DNA from: Oculina patagonica
Lineage: Eukaryota
Direction: 5' to 3'
DNA length: 64,000 nt
Assembly: GCF_052425735.1 (NCBI RefSeq)
Contig: NC_135767.1
Coordinates: forward strand, 21,328,001 to 21,392,000
The notes under the pieces are model-generated. The model saw only the letters and a list, made by a program, of their open reading frames with translations, was not told the DNA's origin and did not search any database. The first letter of the stretch is position 1; the number at the start of each line of letters is the position of its first letter. Made by a program: the position numbers and the translations under genes. Shown here one piece after another: positions 37,201-49,339 of the stretch.

Positions 37201-40200
37201 ACCTTAAAACTTGTCTCAGGGTTGGAAATTAGCGCTCGCCCACTCGCCCAGGCGAGTGTGAAAACGGTCGGGCGAGTACAACTCACGGATCACTCGCCCG
37301 GTTTGGCGAGTACGATTTTTTCAAAATGTGTTAGTCAAAATAGGTGTAACTTTTTATATTCCACTTAAAAAAACAATCTACGCTGTCCACAAGCAACATT
37401 GGTTTGTAAACAGACAGAAATGGCATAAAAACACTGACTCGTCCACTGAGCTGCAAAACGCGGCAAGATGGCTAATTTCCGCGAATTTTAGTGTACAATT
37501 TCGATACTTTGCTAACAAAATACAGGGCGATGGGGGAGGGGGGGGGGGATTCACTTTTTTAAATGTTTAATGGAGGAGACTGGGCGAGTGAAAACTGATT
37601 TGGGCGAATGCAATTTGCTAGTCACTCGCCCAGATGGCGAGTGCTCCGAAATTTTAGTTTCAAACCCTGTTGTCTGTTTGTCGCAAAAGATCGATAAGAC
37701 AGCCGAAGCCACAACAGATGCACTCAGTGAAATGTATCGGCAATGGGACAATGAGATGATGAGAGTGGCTAATGGTGAAGTAGACTCTGTCAGTGGAAGT
37801 GTGAGCTGTCAATCAATCAAGAACAGCAGTGAAGATCTAGAAATGTATTATATGACGGTATGTAAACATATATTCTTGCTATGATCTGTACATGTATGTC
37901 CGCTATGTTTTATGTGTGCCATTCACTTTTTGGCAGGTGTTTTTTGGTGTGTAATTTACACACGTGGGACATTTGGTGGCCTATTGACTAAGCCCATAGA
38001 GCCCTTGCTGGGATCATTACTTATGTTGTGTTTTTGGGTAAAATCACTTTTACCGGTACCTTTACAGTGCCTTTCTCTACAAGGTGTATAATTGAGTACT
38101 GTCAAATTTAATGCTAGAGGGTAATCCTTTGATAGACTAGCATTCCATCCAGGAGGGAGCAGTAATGCTGTGAGAGGGGGATAAGCTCCAGCCTGATGGG
38201 ATTCTTTGATTGGGTGCAGACTTGAGCTTTCGTAATTAAATCGGTACAGTATTGTTGCATAAATTCTTACCACAGGAAAATGTAAATACATGTGTACGTA
38301 TAACTTAAGGTGGCTCAACTGGATTTTTTAGGGGAAACACCGCTCAAATTTGAGAATTGACTACGTCGGCATTAACAATGCTATCGAAAAACGATCACCA
38401 CAGTTGTATCAGATAAAGATGAAATTTTTTATGACCAGTGTTATATTGACATCGGAGTTGCCATAGCGACGAAATGACATCATTACGTTTTTTACTTTCG
38501 CTCGTATTGCTCGGCACCAGGAGATTTTCGGAAATCGCTCAAAGGAGCTTGTACCACACACAGCTGCCTCGATGTTGGCAAAGTTTGAACAAATTCTATG
38601 AGAGCGTTTTCGAAATATTTGGGGATGAAGTTTTCGGGCCTATAAATACAGTCAAAAACATACTAACGAGAAAATGGGGCAATATCTAAAGAAAACGACG
38701 CGCCTGTGAATTGCAATTTCATCTTATAGTAGTTTGATTCCATTTAAAATCGTGTTTAAAATAGTGGTGGGGATTGCTTTGGTCGATTGCGAGAAAAAAG
38801 AATTTGATGAGCGTGCGTTCAGGTGCGCTTGTTGCCATTTTTGTTTATAATTTGGTCTATGCCTACATAAAAGATAATAAATTAAAAACCGCTCGATGAA
38901 TTCTTTTTAAAATTTGACAAACACGAGGTTTGTCATCAATTGATATAGCTTGCAAGTTTCAAGCTCATTGAAAACATTTAAGGCAATAAAATTGGGCTTC
39001 CCATGAACTGATTTTTTCTCGAAGATTTCGTGTTTACAAGCAAGTGTCCTCATTATTCACGGGTATTGTTTTCAAGTGTCATATCTACGTGCACCACTCC
39101 AGCAAAAAAAATCATTTGCATTAAACAGAATGCTCGATTGCTTTCCGAAAATTTTTCCGAAGCATACTAATCTGCGTTGGGGTGAGAATAGCAATGACAA
39201 TATATGCAGAATAATAGCTTTCGTTTTCTGGACAGAGGCCCTTGACATCAATCGCCCGACAAATGCTGTTACAATTTCTTAAGCAATATAAGCATGTTTC
39301 GGAAAACTGTTCGGAAAGCAGTCGCGCGTCCTATTTAATGCACATGAATTTTTTTGCTGAAGTCGTGCACGTGGATTTGAAACTTGAAAACAATACCCGT
39401 GAATAATGAGGACACTCGCTTGTAAACACGAAATCTGCGAGAAAAAATCAGTACATTGGAGGCCCAATTTTACTGCCTTAAATGTTTTCAATGAGCTTGA
39501 AACTTGCAAGCTATATCAATTGTTGACAAACCTCGTGTTTGTCAAATTTTAAAAAAAAATCATCGAGCGGTTTTTAATTTATTATCACTTTTGTAGGCAT
39601 AGACGAAATTATAAACAAAAATGGCAACAAGCGCACCTGAACGCTCGCTCGTCAAATTCTTTTTTCTCGCAATCGACCAAAACAATCCCCACCACTGTTT
39701 TACACACGATTTTAAATGGAATCAAACTACTATAAGATGAAATTGCAATTCACAGGCGCGTCGTTTTCTTCAGATATTACCCCATTTTCTCGTTAGTATG
39801 TTTTTGACTGTATTTATAGGCCCGAAAACTTCATCCACAAATATTTCGAAAACGCTCTCATAGAATTTGTTCAAACTTTGCCAACATCGAGGCAACTATG
39901 TGTGGTACAAGCTCCTTTGAGCGATTTTCGAAAAAAATCTCCTGGTGCCGAGTAATACGAGCGAAAGTAAAAAACGTAATGACGTCATTTCGTCGCTATG
40001 GCAACTCCGATGTCCATAAAACACTGGTCATAAAAAAATTTCATCTTTATCTAATACAACTGTGGTGATCGTTTTTCGATAGCATTGTTATTGGCGACGT
40101 AGTTAATTCTCAAACTTGAGCGGTGTTACCCCTTGAAAATCCAGCTGAGCCACCTTAAGAAGTCAATGTCATTTTCAAGCATATAAGGCTCAAACCAATC

Positions 40201-43200
40201 GTTTTAAACATAGTTTTTTCCCCTCTATGGCAAATTTTTAATATAGTTATAATAGATTTTAATAGTTGTATCATATATGTTTTTTTTTTCTTTTTTTTTA
40301 TAACTTATCCCTTTGTAAATTATTACACAATTCAGTTTTAAGACTGTCATGTATCTATCTTTTATCTTAAAAATAATACGCATCATGGTTTTGGCGGGCC
40401 TAGATTTTGGTGGTTAACATTTGCATGTGTCATCTGACAACAGTCAACCTGCAGTAGTATTTTATAACAAACTTCTTGAATTGTATTCACAACTTATATT
40501 TTTACTTTTTTCCAGAAAATGAGAGAACTCATTCTCACCAGTAGTTTAAAAATCAGGATGGAAGCTGAAAATGATATGCTGACTAAAACACTAGGTTGGT
40601 GGCATTTATGTTTTAGACTGTTCATGGCCTCCCAGATATTTTTCAATGAAAAAAAATGCGAGAGATTTAACACCCTTACCCCCTTGTGCCGTGTGCTGTG
40701 TTCAACGAGTACAGAAAAATATGAGAACGGATGTAACAGTCTAGCAATATTTAGCTATTTCTTGTTTTGGAAAACTAAAGAAAAATAACTCTCTTTTCTA
40801 ATGTAAACTAAAACTTTCTAAAGATAATTATCTATAGTTACAAAAAGCTGAGAACTTCACAAAGTTAATCGGTACAGTATTGTTGCAAGGCAATATCTTT
40901 GAGAAGTTTACACGCCCTCAAAATATTAACTGTTGTGAATCCAGAAGAATAGATCTTAAGAACTTTTTTTTTTTGCATTCTAGGTGAAGTAACGCCAGAC
41001 ATAGTTGGAGCCAGGTACTACTGCTTGTTTGTTTTCTGCTGAAGGGTGTATTAAAGAGAACGTTCCAAAGATACAAAGGCTTTTTTTTTTTTTGCAGAAT
41101 TCTTGCAGAATTCAATATTGTAACGTGACGTAAAATAAGAGGCTGTTATTTTTTTCCCTTATGCAGGCTCAAGAGACCACATTTAGACATGTCATCCAAA
41201 GAGGCTTCAGCTATCCTTGACTCTGTGCAAAAGAAAACCAAAGTGTTTGGTTGCAATCTAGAAAATTATATAAAAGTAAGTATGCATGTACATGATTTTT
41301 ATTTTTTAAAAATTGTAATAAAACTATCAACAAATGTGCGCCCTGCATTAATTGCGCAGGGGATGGTCCATCCCCCCTCCCGCCTCACCACCTCCTCCAC
41401 CCCTCCCTCCTGGGTAAACTTGTATAAACCATTACAAGTTATTTACGCTTAATCTGTTCTAACTACAGATTACAGGAAGAGAAATTCCTGAAGTTATAGA
41501 AAGTTGTATCAAATTTATTACAAAGTTTGGTGAGTACATTACTTTACATTTAGTTGCCAATTGTTTTTTTTTCTTTTTTCCTCTGTTCTTTTTTTCTTTG
41601 CATACTGTACTTGCTTACCTTGTTTCAGTTCCCTCTTTTTTACCTCACCCCTCCAGCTGTTTTAGAGTCATAATGTATAAGGTAGTTTGATGTGCTCTTC
41701 TTGTTTACTGGGGCTGTTCACTTGTTGACTGACTGTAAGTGTCGTTAGCCTTATTGAACAGACCAACTTAATTCTTTCCCGCCCAAAATTTCCAAAATTC
41801 GACCCAAAACAGTTTGCTGTTGTTCCAAGTTGTTCTTTTGATTGGTCGTTTCTCTGTTCAGAACGTTCAGGACAGAACGTCATGGTATATAACGTTTATC
41901 TGTCATCTGTACATAAGGGGCGAATTAGACGGTACGGTTTTTCCTACGACTATCGAATGCGACACGCTTACGCCACGACTACAACACGAATCGCGTCGTG
42001 TAAATCAACCTTGAGTCATGTCATAGGCCTGTCGAAAGCTTGTCGCATGCGAGGAAGTCGTACCGTGTAAATCGGCCCTAACAAAAATTCTGCGATGTAC
42101 GTAGGTTGCAACGATTCGTCCGTCCAAAGTCTTGCAAAGCGCTCCATAACCACAGTTATTTAAGCTGTAAATCATATTTCATTAACAATTGGTTGAATAA
42201 TAAAGCAATTATCCTGCTAAACCTTGCGGAATATCGCCTTAATTTAGGCAACTCGGCCTGTGGTTTCGCCGGCTAAAGTATCAGGGGATATTCTGCGCGA
42301 TTTCGCAGGATAGCTGTTAAATAAAGGACACCACATAAACAAAAACCTATTTAATTATTTGCAGGTCTGGACCATCAAGGAATATTTCGATTATCAGGAT
42401 CTACAACGGAAATTAACGACATGAAGCAGTTATTTGAAAATGGTAAATGTCAGTAACGAAAAAACAAAAACTAACCAATCTAGGTGATCTTCAGTGATTT
42501 TCTTATCACAGGTTCATAAAAGTCGGGCATTTTTTAAGGTCAGAAAAAAGTCAGAAAAATAAGTCTGTTCAAGAAAATCCGAAAATTCCTGCTAAATACA
42601 GGGAAAATACCAGAAATTTTAGTCATTTTCTTGGGAAAATTGACGCTTTGGTTAAAGGAAAATCACAAATACAACGTTGTGTTCGGGATAAAGTTAAGTC
42701 AAAGTCTTAAGAAATGGTCGTTTCACAAGCAGGGTTCATACGGCTCATGGAAAACCTGAAAAGCCGTGAAATTTTAAAATTTCATTTTCCAGGCCTGAAA
42801 AGTCTTGGAATTTAAATGTGGGCCATGAAAATCATGGAAAATGGTATTGTTTGTACAAAATAAATTCGGCAGATTCTTGTTTGCGATGAAAAGGGTAAAA
42901 ACTTACCCGAAATCAAGATAATTTGTGAAAAATTTTCAAGGAAAATGCGGTCAAATTTAGGTCATGGAAAACTTTGAAAAGTCATGGAAAAGGTCATGGA
43001 AAGTCATGGAATTTCAAAAGCTCAAAAGAGTACGAACCCTGACAAGGAGTGTTCGTATAACATGTAATCTTTGCTCATATTTTCTTTAGGTCGGGATCCA
43101 TTAGCAGGTCTAAATCACTGGAAAGATATTAACGCTGTGGCTGGATTGCTGAGGGTTTACTTCAGAGAATTGGAAGACCCTCTTTTTTCAAGTTCACATT

Positions 43201-46200
43201 ATCAAGAATTCATCAAAGCAAGCCGTAAGTATCACATTGTAAATAACACTGTAAAATTCTGAAAATAAGCCCCAGGCTTGTAATTTCTGAATGTCCCTTT
43301 TAATAAAGGGGGTTTTGTCATGGATTTTACCAGATTTTTGAACAGCCAAAATTTAACAAGCGTCTTTGGCTGCAGATGGCTCGGATGGAAATGGATTGCA
43401 ACTTGAAAAATTAAGGCTTAACTTTTCAAGTTGTTTCCACGCACCTTCCAAAAAGAAAACGAAGAAGGTTATATCTTTTTTCCTTTATGTTTTTCATTGG
43501 TTAAAGGGACTGTGTCACGGCTGATTTAAGTTTATTTTATTACGTTTTGCCAAATACTCGATATGAAATTTAATTTTTGCAAAGAAATTACTTCTATGGG
43601 TCTAATTGACAAATCCATAGCTTCATTGTAACTAAATGTGTCTCCCTGGCGTTATAATTTAAAGTTACAAGCAGACGAGATTAACTTTGAAAACTGGTCC
43701 GCCGGACAATATTTCAAAAACCCATATCGCAATCCGTTTCAATCTTCGTCGCTATTGGCCATCCGTTACTTCTTTTGTATTTGCTGTGTTATTAAAATGT
43801 TCCTTCACTGTTTTAAGATGTTATTTTATATATTTAAACGAATTTGATGGTCATTTTCTATGCCTAAGTTTGGCTAAAATCCGTGACACAGTCCCTTTAA
43901 GTCGCCCACCACTTATTTCAGAAAAGTTTAGACCAAAAATCTGCCGTCCCCGTGACGTGTCTCCTTTAACTAATCCGTCTCAATTGACCAATCCATTTTG
44001 CTTGGTTTCCACAGTGTCTAGCTCAGTAGAGGATGGTTTGAAGGAATTATCAGCTGTTCTGAATACCTTGCCTGAGTCTGTTGTTCGCGTTATGGAGTAC
44101 CTTTTCTCTTTCCTGAGTTTGTAAGTACTCACAGTATAAGGTTAAGGTTAAAGACNNNNNNNNNNNNNNNNNNNNNNNNNNNNNNNNNNNNNNNNNNNNN
44201 NNNNNNNNNNNNNNNNNNNNNNNNNNNNNNNNNNNNNNNNNNNNNNNNNNNNNNNNNNNNNNNNNNNNNNNNNNNNNNNNNNNNNNNNNNNNNNNNNNNN
44301 NNNNNNNNNNNNNNNNNNNNNNNNNNNNNNNNNNNNNNNNNNNNNNNNNNNNNNNNNNNNNNNNNNNNNNNNNNNNNNNNNNNNNNNNNNNNNNNNNNNN
44401 NNNNNNNNNNAGATATATCCTATTTGTCGTCCTTGTGTGTAAAGTATCGCTGAATTTTTAAGTTTTATGCAATTTTTTTTTGCGAGCCCGTAGGAAGAGT
44501 CAAAATGGTCGTTCAAATTAATACAGCGACCATATACCCGAATTTATTATAAAGTGATTTCTTATCCCAAACGCTTACTGAACAGTTTTTGGCGCTCTCG
44601 CGTGGTGAGAACAAATAAGAGGCGTACAGAAACCTTATAAAATCGGTCTCCAGAGTACACACGTGGTGAGATTTTGTACTCACTTCGCGCGTTATTTGTA
44701 CTCTACTTAGCGGAGCTGATTTACAAAAGAAAAAATGATTTACATTTATACACTTCTAATCTGTGTTCTGCGCAGGGTGGCTGAACACAGCGATGCCAAC
44801 AAGATGGATGCTCACAATCTCGCGGTAGTATTTGGTCCGACGTTATTACGGATCCCGTCTGAGCAGGACATGATAGCTTACCAGAGTCAAGTGAATGGTA
44901 TGATGGAGCTGCTGATTAAACACTGTGGCGAGGTCTTCCCTGGCTCAGGAGAACCGCTACATACACGCCTCTCAGAGACTGAGGAAAGCGACAGTGAGGA
45001 AGGTATGTGTATTGAACAGCTACAGGGTTCGTACAGGTCATGAAAAACCTGGAAAATCATGAAATTTTAAAATGTCATTCTCAAGGCCTGGAAAGTCATG
45101 GAATTTAAGTGTGGTTCATGGAAAGTGGTATTGATTATACAAAAAAATTAGGCAGGTTTTTTTTGTGCAGAAAAAGGTAAAAACGCACCCGAAGTCAAGA
45201 TAATTTTTGAACATTACCAAGAAACGTGGTCAAATTTTGGCCATAGAAAACTTTGAAAAGTCATCGAAAAGATCATGTAAAGTCATGGAGTTTCAAAAGC
45301 TCAAAAAAGTACGAACCCTGAGTCCTTTGGATTTGCTTCTCTCATTCGACCCCAGCAATCTTAGCCTCGATTTCTGAACCTCCCGATTTTTCGAAATAAC
45401 TTTGTTTCACTTGGAAATTGGAGATATCAGGATTATACTGTGAATATCTCTTGAATGTAGAGATTCCGTATAGTACGTACTTTCTGCTTAACGAAAGTAC
45501 GACTTTGCAACCACGCACATATGTTGGATTGCATTTCAGCGACAACAGGCCTGCAGCTTAAATTGAAGAACACAGTGTATTATGTTAGGCCTCAACCAAC
45601 ATAAGCAAACTACGGCTGCCGTATCTTTGTGTTGATCAAAAATGCAAGGCTAATCAATCAGCTAAAAATGTTTTTTAATTTGATTCAATTTTAAAATTAG
45701 ACAAACCTAACCTTAATCAGGGGCTTTCTAGTCTTTTTAGCCCCCCGAAGAAGGAATCTAATTTTGTCCCACAGAGATGTTGGGCCAAAAAGAAATCGAA
45801 AAGAACGCATTTTCAGTTTAATTTTGTTTATTTTTCAGACTTTGAGCCAAGAGATGCAGAAGCACTGTTTGACTACTCAGCTCGATCATCAAAGGAGCTC
45901 TCCTTCAAAAAAGGCGACATCATCCGGGTATTCAAAAGGTTTAACAATGACTGGTGGGATGGGACAATCAATGGAACAGACGGCTTTGTTCCCGCCAAGT
46001 ACATCCGCCTGCCTACTGACGATGATGTCGATATTACTGACGGTGAAGGAAACATTTCCATCCCTGGAGAGCCGTCACCCTCTCCCAAGGTTTCCTCCAG
46101 CAGAGCAGATAGACCTAAGGACTTTAACGTGCCTCCAAGGATCCCTAAGAGAGAAGGCTCGCTCAGGGGGAGGGATAGTATTCCTTCGCCTACTTTTGAA

Positions 46201-46812
46201 CCAACGAGCCCCTTAGGAACGAGCCCCCAGGCGCCTCCTACGGGAACGTCCTCGTTTAAGAAGACATCCACGCCATTATCAGTGTCACCGGTAGCAGCAG
46301 CAGCAGCACCTGCGATATCATCAGAAGATATCGTGAAGCGACAGTTGACGCTGCTACGCAAGGCTCCCAGAGAAGAGAGCGAAAGCTCTGTTGACAAGAC
46401 GCCTGATAAAGACCAGCCGTTCAATATACCCCGCCTTCGGAGCATATCACCCACTAGGAAAACACAGTCTCCGGGTCAGGAGAATACCGCAGCGACACCA
46501 GAAAAAGACGAAAAAGAAGCAACAACTGCGAAGGAAGAACACCGCAAATCAGGCGAAGGTGTATGGCAGCCGAGGGGGGACGCAAACCACACTCCCCCAG
46601 GAAGTCCCCGGACAACAACGGGGGCGAAAATTCCCCCAGCGGTCATGCCTAAACCTAAGAAGGGCAATCCGACGCCCCCCTTTCGCAAAAATTCTGATGA
46701 CTTGTTAGCCTCTCTACAGGCGGCGCAAGCCGTACGGAGTCACCGAGGGAGTGGGGGTGGGGAAGACCCGAGGAAGAGTAGGGGCTCAGTGGGGGATGAT
46801 ACCCCATTTTGA
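25231..46812 (+). CDS. SRGAP: SLIT-ROBO Rho GTPase-activating protein (srGAP; F-BAR, RhoGAP, SH3, Pro/Ser-rich tail), 18 exons, 997 aa
   Basis: Exons 25231-25291, 28703-28889, 29879-30035, 32057-32119, 33119-33232, 34205-34333, 35701-35922, 36387-36479, 37690-37857, 40516-40594, 40984-41014, 41167-41275, 41469-41529, 42365-42442, 43090-43224, 44015-44120, 44776-45002, 45839-46812 (2994 nt, in frame). N-terminus MTSSGKKGKAAVLEFDTQTKEVRQILIEQLKCFD matches the srGAP F-BAR start. RhoGAP motifs: VFG, GLDHQGIFRLSG (arginine finger intact), AGLLRVYFREL, NKMDAHNLAVVFGPTL. SH3: ALFDYSARSSKELSFKKGD..DWWDG..GFVPAKYI. Confidence 0.93.
27580..28442. mobile_element. PIF/Harbinger-like MITE
   Basis: Perfect 26-bp TIR ggcccggttgttcaaaactccgatta, CTG (CWG-type) TSD, and many subterminal taatcg/cgatta motifs. 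Confidence 0.88.
28930..29227 (+). mobile_element. Young tRNA-derived CORE-type SINE with 14-bp TSD
   Basis: A box (tggccgaatgg), B box (ggttcgaggcc), CORE-like block (tgtgttcttgggcaagacacttaactctc...gtataaatggg) and (CTTTAC)n tail. TSD TTATAATAAAGTAT at 28916-28929 and 29228-29241. Confidence 0.9.
30831..31660 (+). mobile_element. Old SINE split by a TTAA-flanked MITE (30944-31396)
   Basis: The SINE 5' half ends at gacactt-TTAA and resumes at TTAA-ctctca. The insert has aaggt(g/a)attc TIRs. Confidence 0.7.
32462..32804 (+). repeat. Two-copy tandem duplication, period 175 bp
   Basis: cacataaggataacctcagtgca... begins at both 32462 and 32637. Confidence 0.9.
33315..33873. mobile_element. Tc1/mariner-like MITE with an internal 50-bp tandem array
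   Basis: TA TSD and TIR ccgta(t/a)t(t/a)attcgattaagcgccc. About 4.6 copies of aagcgcccagcctcgaataagcgcccaccctgttggtaggaaaagttaat at 33331-33560. Confidence 0.85.
34355..34534. mobile_element. Tigger/pogo-like MITE
   Basis: TA-cagt...gataactcgaacc and ggttcgagttatc...actg-TA inverted ends. Confidence 0.75.
34690..35155. mobile_element. SINE remnant interrupted by a minus-strand RTE-clade LINE 3' end (about 34745-34985)
   Basis: The minus strand translates (with frameshifts) to WIGHT..ITRQVLRWNPQGKRKRGRPK..WRR..GLCS, typical of an RTE C-terminus. SINE CORE and 3' parts lie on either side. Confidence 0.75.
36783..37186. mobile_element. Palindromic TTAA MITE (Kolobok-like)
   Basis: TTAA-agggaac...gttccct-TTAA; the two halves are inverted copies. 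Confidence 0.8.
37217..37669. mobile_element. hAT-like MITE with 6-bp TSD
   Basis: cagggtt(g/t)gaaa TIRs, TSD TTGTCT on both sides, and internal ctcgcc/ggcgag repeats. Confidence 0.8.
38309..40154. mobile_element. 1.85-kb foldback non-autonomous DNA transposon (Kolobok-like) in srGAP intron 9
   Basis: TTAA on both sides (38305-38308 and 40155-40158), GG...CC termini, inverted arms of about 860 bp (38309-39168 and 39290-40154), a spacer of about 120 bp, and no transposase ORF. Confidence 0.9.
41925..42080. mobile_element. Short palindromic MITE (Harbinger-like)
   Basis: gggcgaattagacggtacg ... cgtaccgtgtaaatcggccc imperfect inverted ends. Confidence 0.55.
42730..43041. mobile_element. hAT-like MITE with 5-bp TSD
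   Basis: cagggttc(a/g)tac TIRs, TSD ACAAG, and tcatggaa repeats. Confidence 0.8.
43505..43896. mobile_element. TTAA MITE (Kolobok-like)
   Basis: Perfect 16-bp TIR agggactgtgtcacgg flanked by TTAA. Related copies lie at about 15898-16145 and 10542-11067. Confidence 0.85.
44156..44410. other. Assembly gap (255 N) in srGAP intron 16
   Basis: Run of N. The flanking exons join in frame, so no exon needs to be missing. Confidence 0.99.
45023..45320. mobile_element. Second copy of the 42730 MITE family
   Basis: cagggttcgtac...gtacgaaccctg ends; colinear with 42730-43041. Confidence 0.8.
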
Positions 46813-48364
46813 GAGTATGTGAAAGGGACGGGGGGAGGCGAGGAAAGGAGAAGTTGGGGAGGGTAGGGCTGGGTTTAATTTGTGGTATTAAGAAACCAAT
46901 ATTCTTAAATCTAGTTCAACCTTTGTCTGGGAAGATATCGTATTTTCAGATTTGTTATCATGGTGGGATAGGTCCTTGGTAAAAAGAAGTACACACCAGT
47001 TCACATTTGTTGTCGGAGTGGGAGGGGGGGAGGGGGGGAGGTTGCTATAAAGAAGCAGATACCTCTGTGGTTCAGATTTTTTGTCAGGGTGGGGTGGGGT
47101 CTCGTCACGAAAAAGTCTAGATCTAAATTTTCAGATTTGTTGCCGGGTTGGGGTGGGAGGGGTTAGGGTTGGTTGGGAAAAGGTGTTCTGTTTTATAGTG
47201 TTGTTCTTACGTTTGTACTGTGTAGTGAAAGAGTAAAATAAGAGAACCATTTTAATTTTGAAAAATAATAACTCAAAGTTGAATTCTAATGGTGCTGTAA
47301 ATATGTAATTTTTTAGGTAGACATACGTTTCTAGTACAAAATTAACAACTCCGCTAAAAGTATTGATTTATTGTTCTAGTTTTATTCATATGAAATATTT
47401 ATGATTTCTTTTGGTTTCTCGATGTGCATTTTAATACAAAATGATAGCAAATTTTTCGCGTATTTGACATGTTTGACTCTAATGATTCCCTCTTGATTTT
47501 GCGTACCGCTTTAAGTTCTAGTTTTAAAAATTGCCAAAACACTATTACCAAAACCTTGATTCTCTCTACATTCTTGTACCAAAACCTAAAGACAGGTTAT
47601 AAGAATCAGCCACTTGATCATCGTAGGAAGAAAACGTCGACCAAAATTTGAATTCCCCTTTAGTTAGTATTTTTGTAGAGAAGGTGTGTTATTAGAACGG
47701 TGAATTTCCATGTTGAAAAATAAAATCGTTTGAACCTGGGTAACAACTAAACTAGTCGCTGAAATTACCATAGATACTTGTTATAACGTAAAATTGTACA
47801 ATGATTGCCAAGTCACCTCAGTAAAAAGGCAAAAAAGGTTAAACCAGAAGGTATTATTAATTTTAGGGAAGTTTTCCTCGAATTTTTACCGGTGAAAGAA
47901 CGGTTTCTGTTTGAACTCCGGGTGCTCTATACCATTCGTTTTGTTTTCCAGCTTTACTCTACCCTTGGTTAACACATTTTATGTTTGGAGGGTTGTTTAA
48001 GCAAATTTGATTATTTCTCGTGTAGTTGGAGTAAACCATTTTCGTTAAATGACCGAAATGGTATTAAATAATATTCTAGAGATTCGAAAGAAAAAGACAT
48101 TGTGAAGAAATATTTTGGTGTATGTAAGAATATTAGATAAGTTATGAAGCAATGAAGTAAATAAAACAAGCGTTTTATAAGTTTGGAACTGCGTTAATTG
48201 CTCTTTGTATTGGAGATGAAGTATGGTTTAAACAGCTTAAAGACTGAATGCCCATTTATATAGACTCGGGTACCCGAGAAAACCCTCCCCCCGAGTTATT
48301 TTCCCTGGTCGAGCTAAAGTTTCTCTTTTTTCTTTGAAAAGTTCAAAGATCCGCCACTGAATTC

Positions 48365-48450
48365 CTGATGCTTTGCATGCGCCACGCGTAGACGGACGGT
48401 TTAATGTTATCAAAACAGTTAGGTCGACGAAAATTAACGTGCATTCCAAA
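48365..48450 (-). pseudogene. Small relic of GPCR TM7/helix 8
   Basis: tttgcatgcgccacgcgtagacggacgg nearly matches tttggcatgcgccacgcgtagacgaacgg at 52248 (VYAWRM). Confidence 0.55.
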
Positions 48451-48959
48451 CGACGAACTTTACATTTTCAGACAAAAAGAGAAAAAACCCCGATAGTTTG
48501 GACTAGGAAAGATTAAGATGCATGAAGTCTACAAACGTCGAGGTTAAATTTTTCGAAATTAGCCATCTGGATAGCTGTGTCGACATTTTGACTGATGCCA
48601 GCTTTAAAGTAATTCTAAACTTTTTAAAAAGAAGCTCATAAATTGTTGCATTATACATGTTTATTATTGTTTTTTATATATCACGTACATTTTATCTCGA
48701 GTAATATGATATTTGGAGGGTACTTCCATCGAGTTTTATATGAAAAAGATTAACAAAACCATCGCCATCTTTACGACAAAGGCTACCTTTTACAATAAAG
48801 GTCACGTGATCGTTAGTGAAATGCTAAATATATATTCGATTGCTCTAAGTTTTATACAATGTATATATTTTAGTTATATATTTTTGATATTTTCATAACT
48901 GGGCACAATAATGTATACAATAACAAGGATTGTTTAGATAATATGGAGCGCTTGAGTAA

Positions 48960-49185
48960 AACATCCTTTCATCCCTCGGTCGGTGTCGACGCCTTGGGGT
49001 AGACAGTTGTTGTAGAGATGCGGCAGGAGCAGCTTGGTTGTGGCTGATGAGACCGATACGCGAATGACAGTCCCTGCGGCAGTGGATGCGGATGTGCCCG
49101 TTTGCGAGGTTGTTGTCGTAGAGTGCCTTTCTTCTGGCTCACTCTTCTCCTCAGCCAGGTTCTGAATCTTCTCCACCCAGCTTCA
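48960..49185 (-). mobile_element. RTE/BovB-like LINE 3' fragment
   Basis: One minus frame reads HCRRDCHSRIGLISH, matching the C-terminal zinc-finger motif (CxRxCxSRIGLxSH) of RTE-BovB ORF2. Confidence 0.7.
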
Positions 49186-49339
49186 GTTGATTCTGGCGGG
49201 CGGGCGGGCGGGCGGGCGCGCGCGCGTACGCTCACTTGATAACCAAATTTTTTCGGCTTCATGGGTTTACCAAATTTCCTTACCCATGGTGCTCCGCTTG
49301 GGCGCTTCGCGCGCTGGAGCTCCGCCTTCATGGAGTATT

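Noticed and set aside
38309-40154. piggyBac assignment or an autonomous element
   Set aside because: Termini are GG...CC rather than CC...GG, and there is no transposase ORF.
45764-46708. Overlapping alternative-frame and antisense ORFs in the last srGAP exon and opposite the GPCRs
   Set aside because: These are shadows of real coding sequence with no recognisable domains or independent signals.
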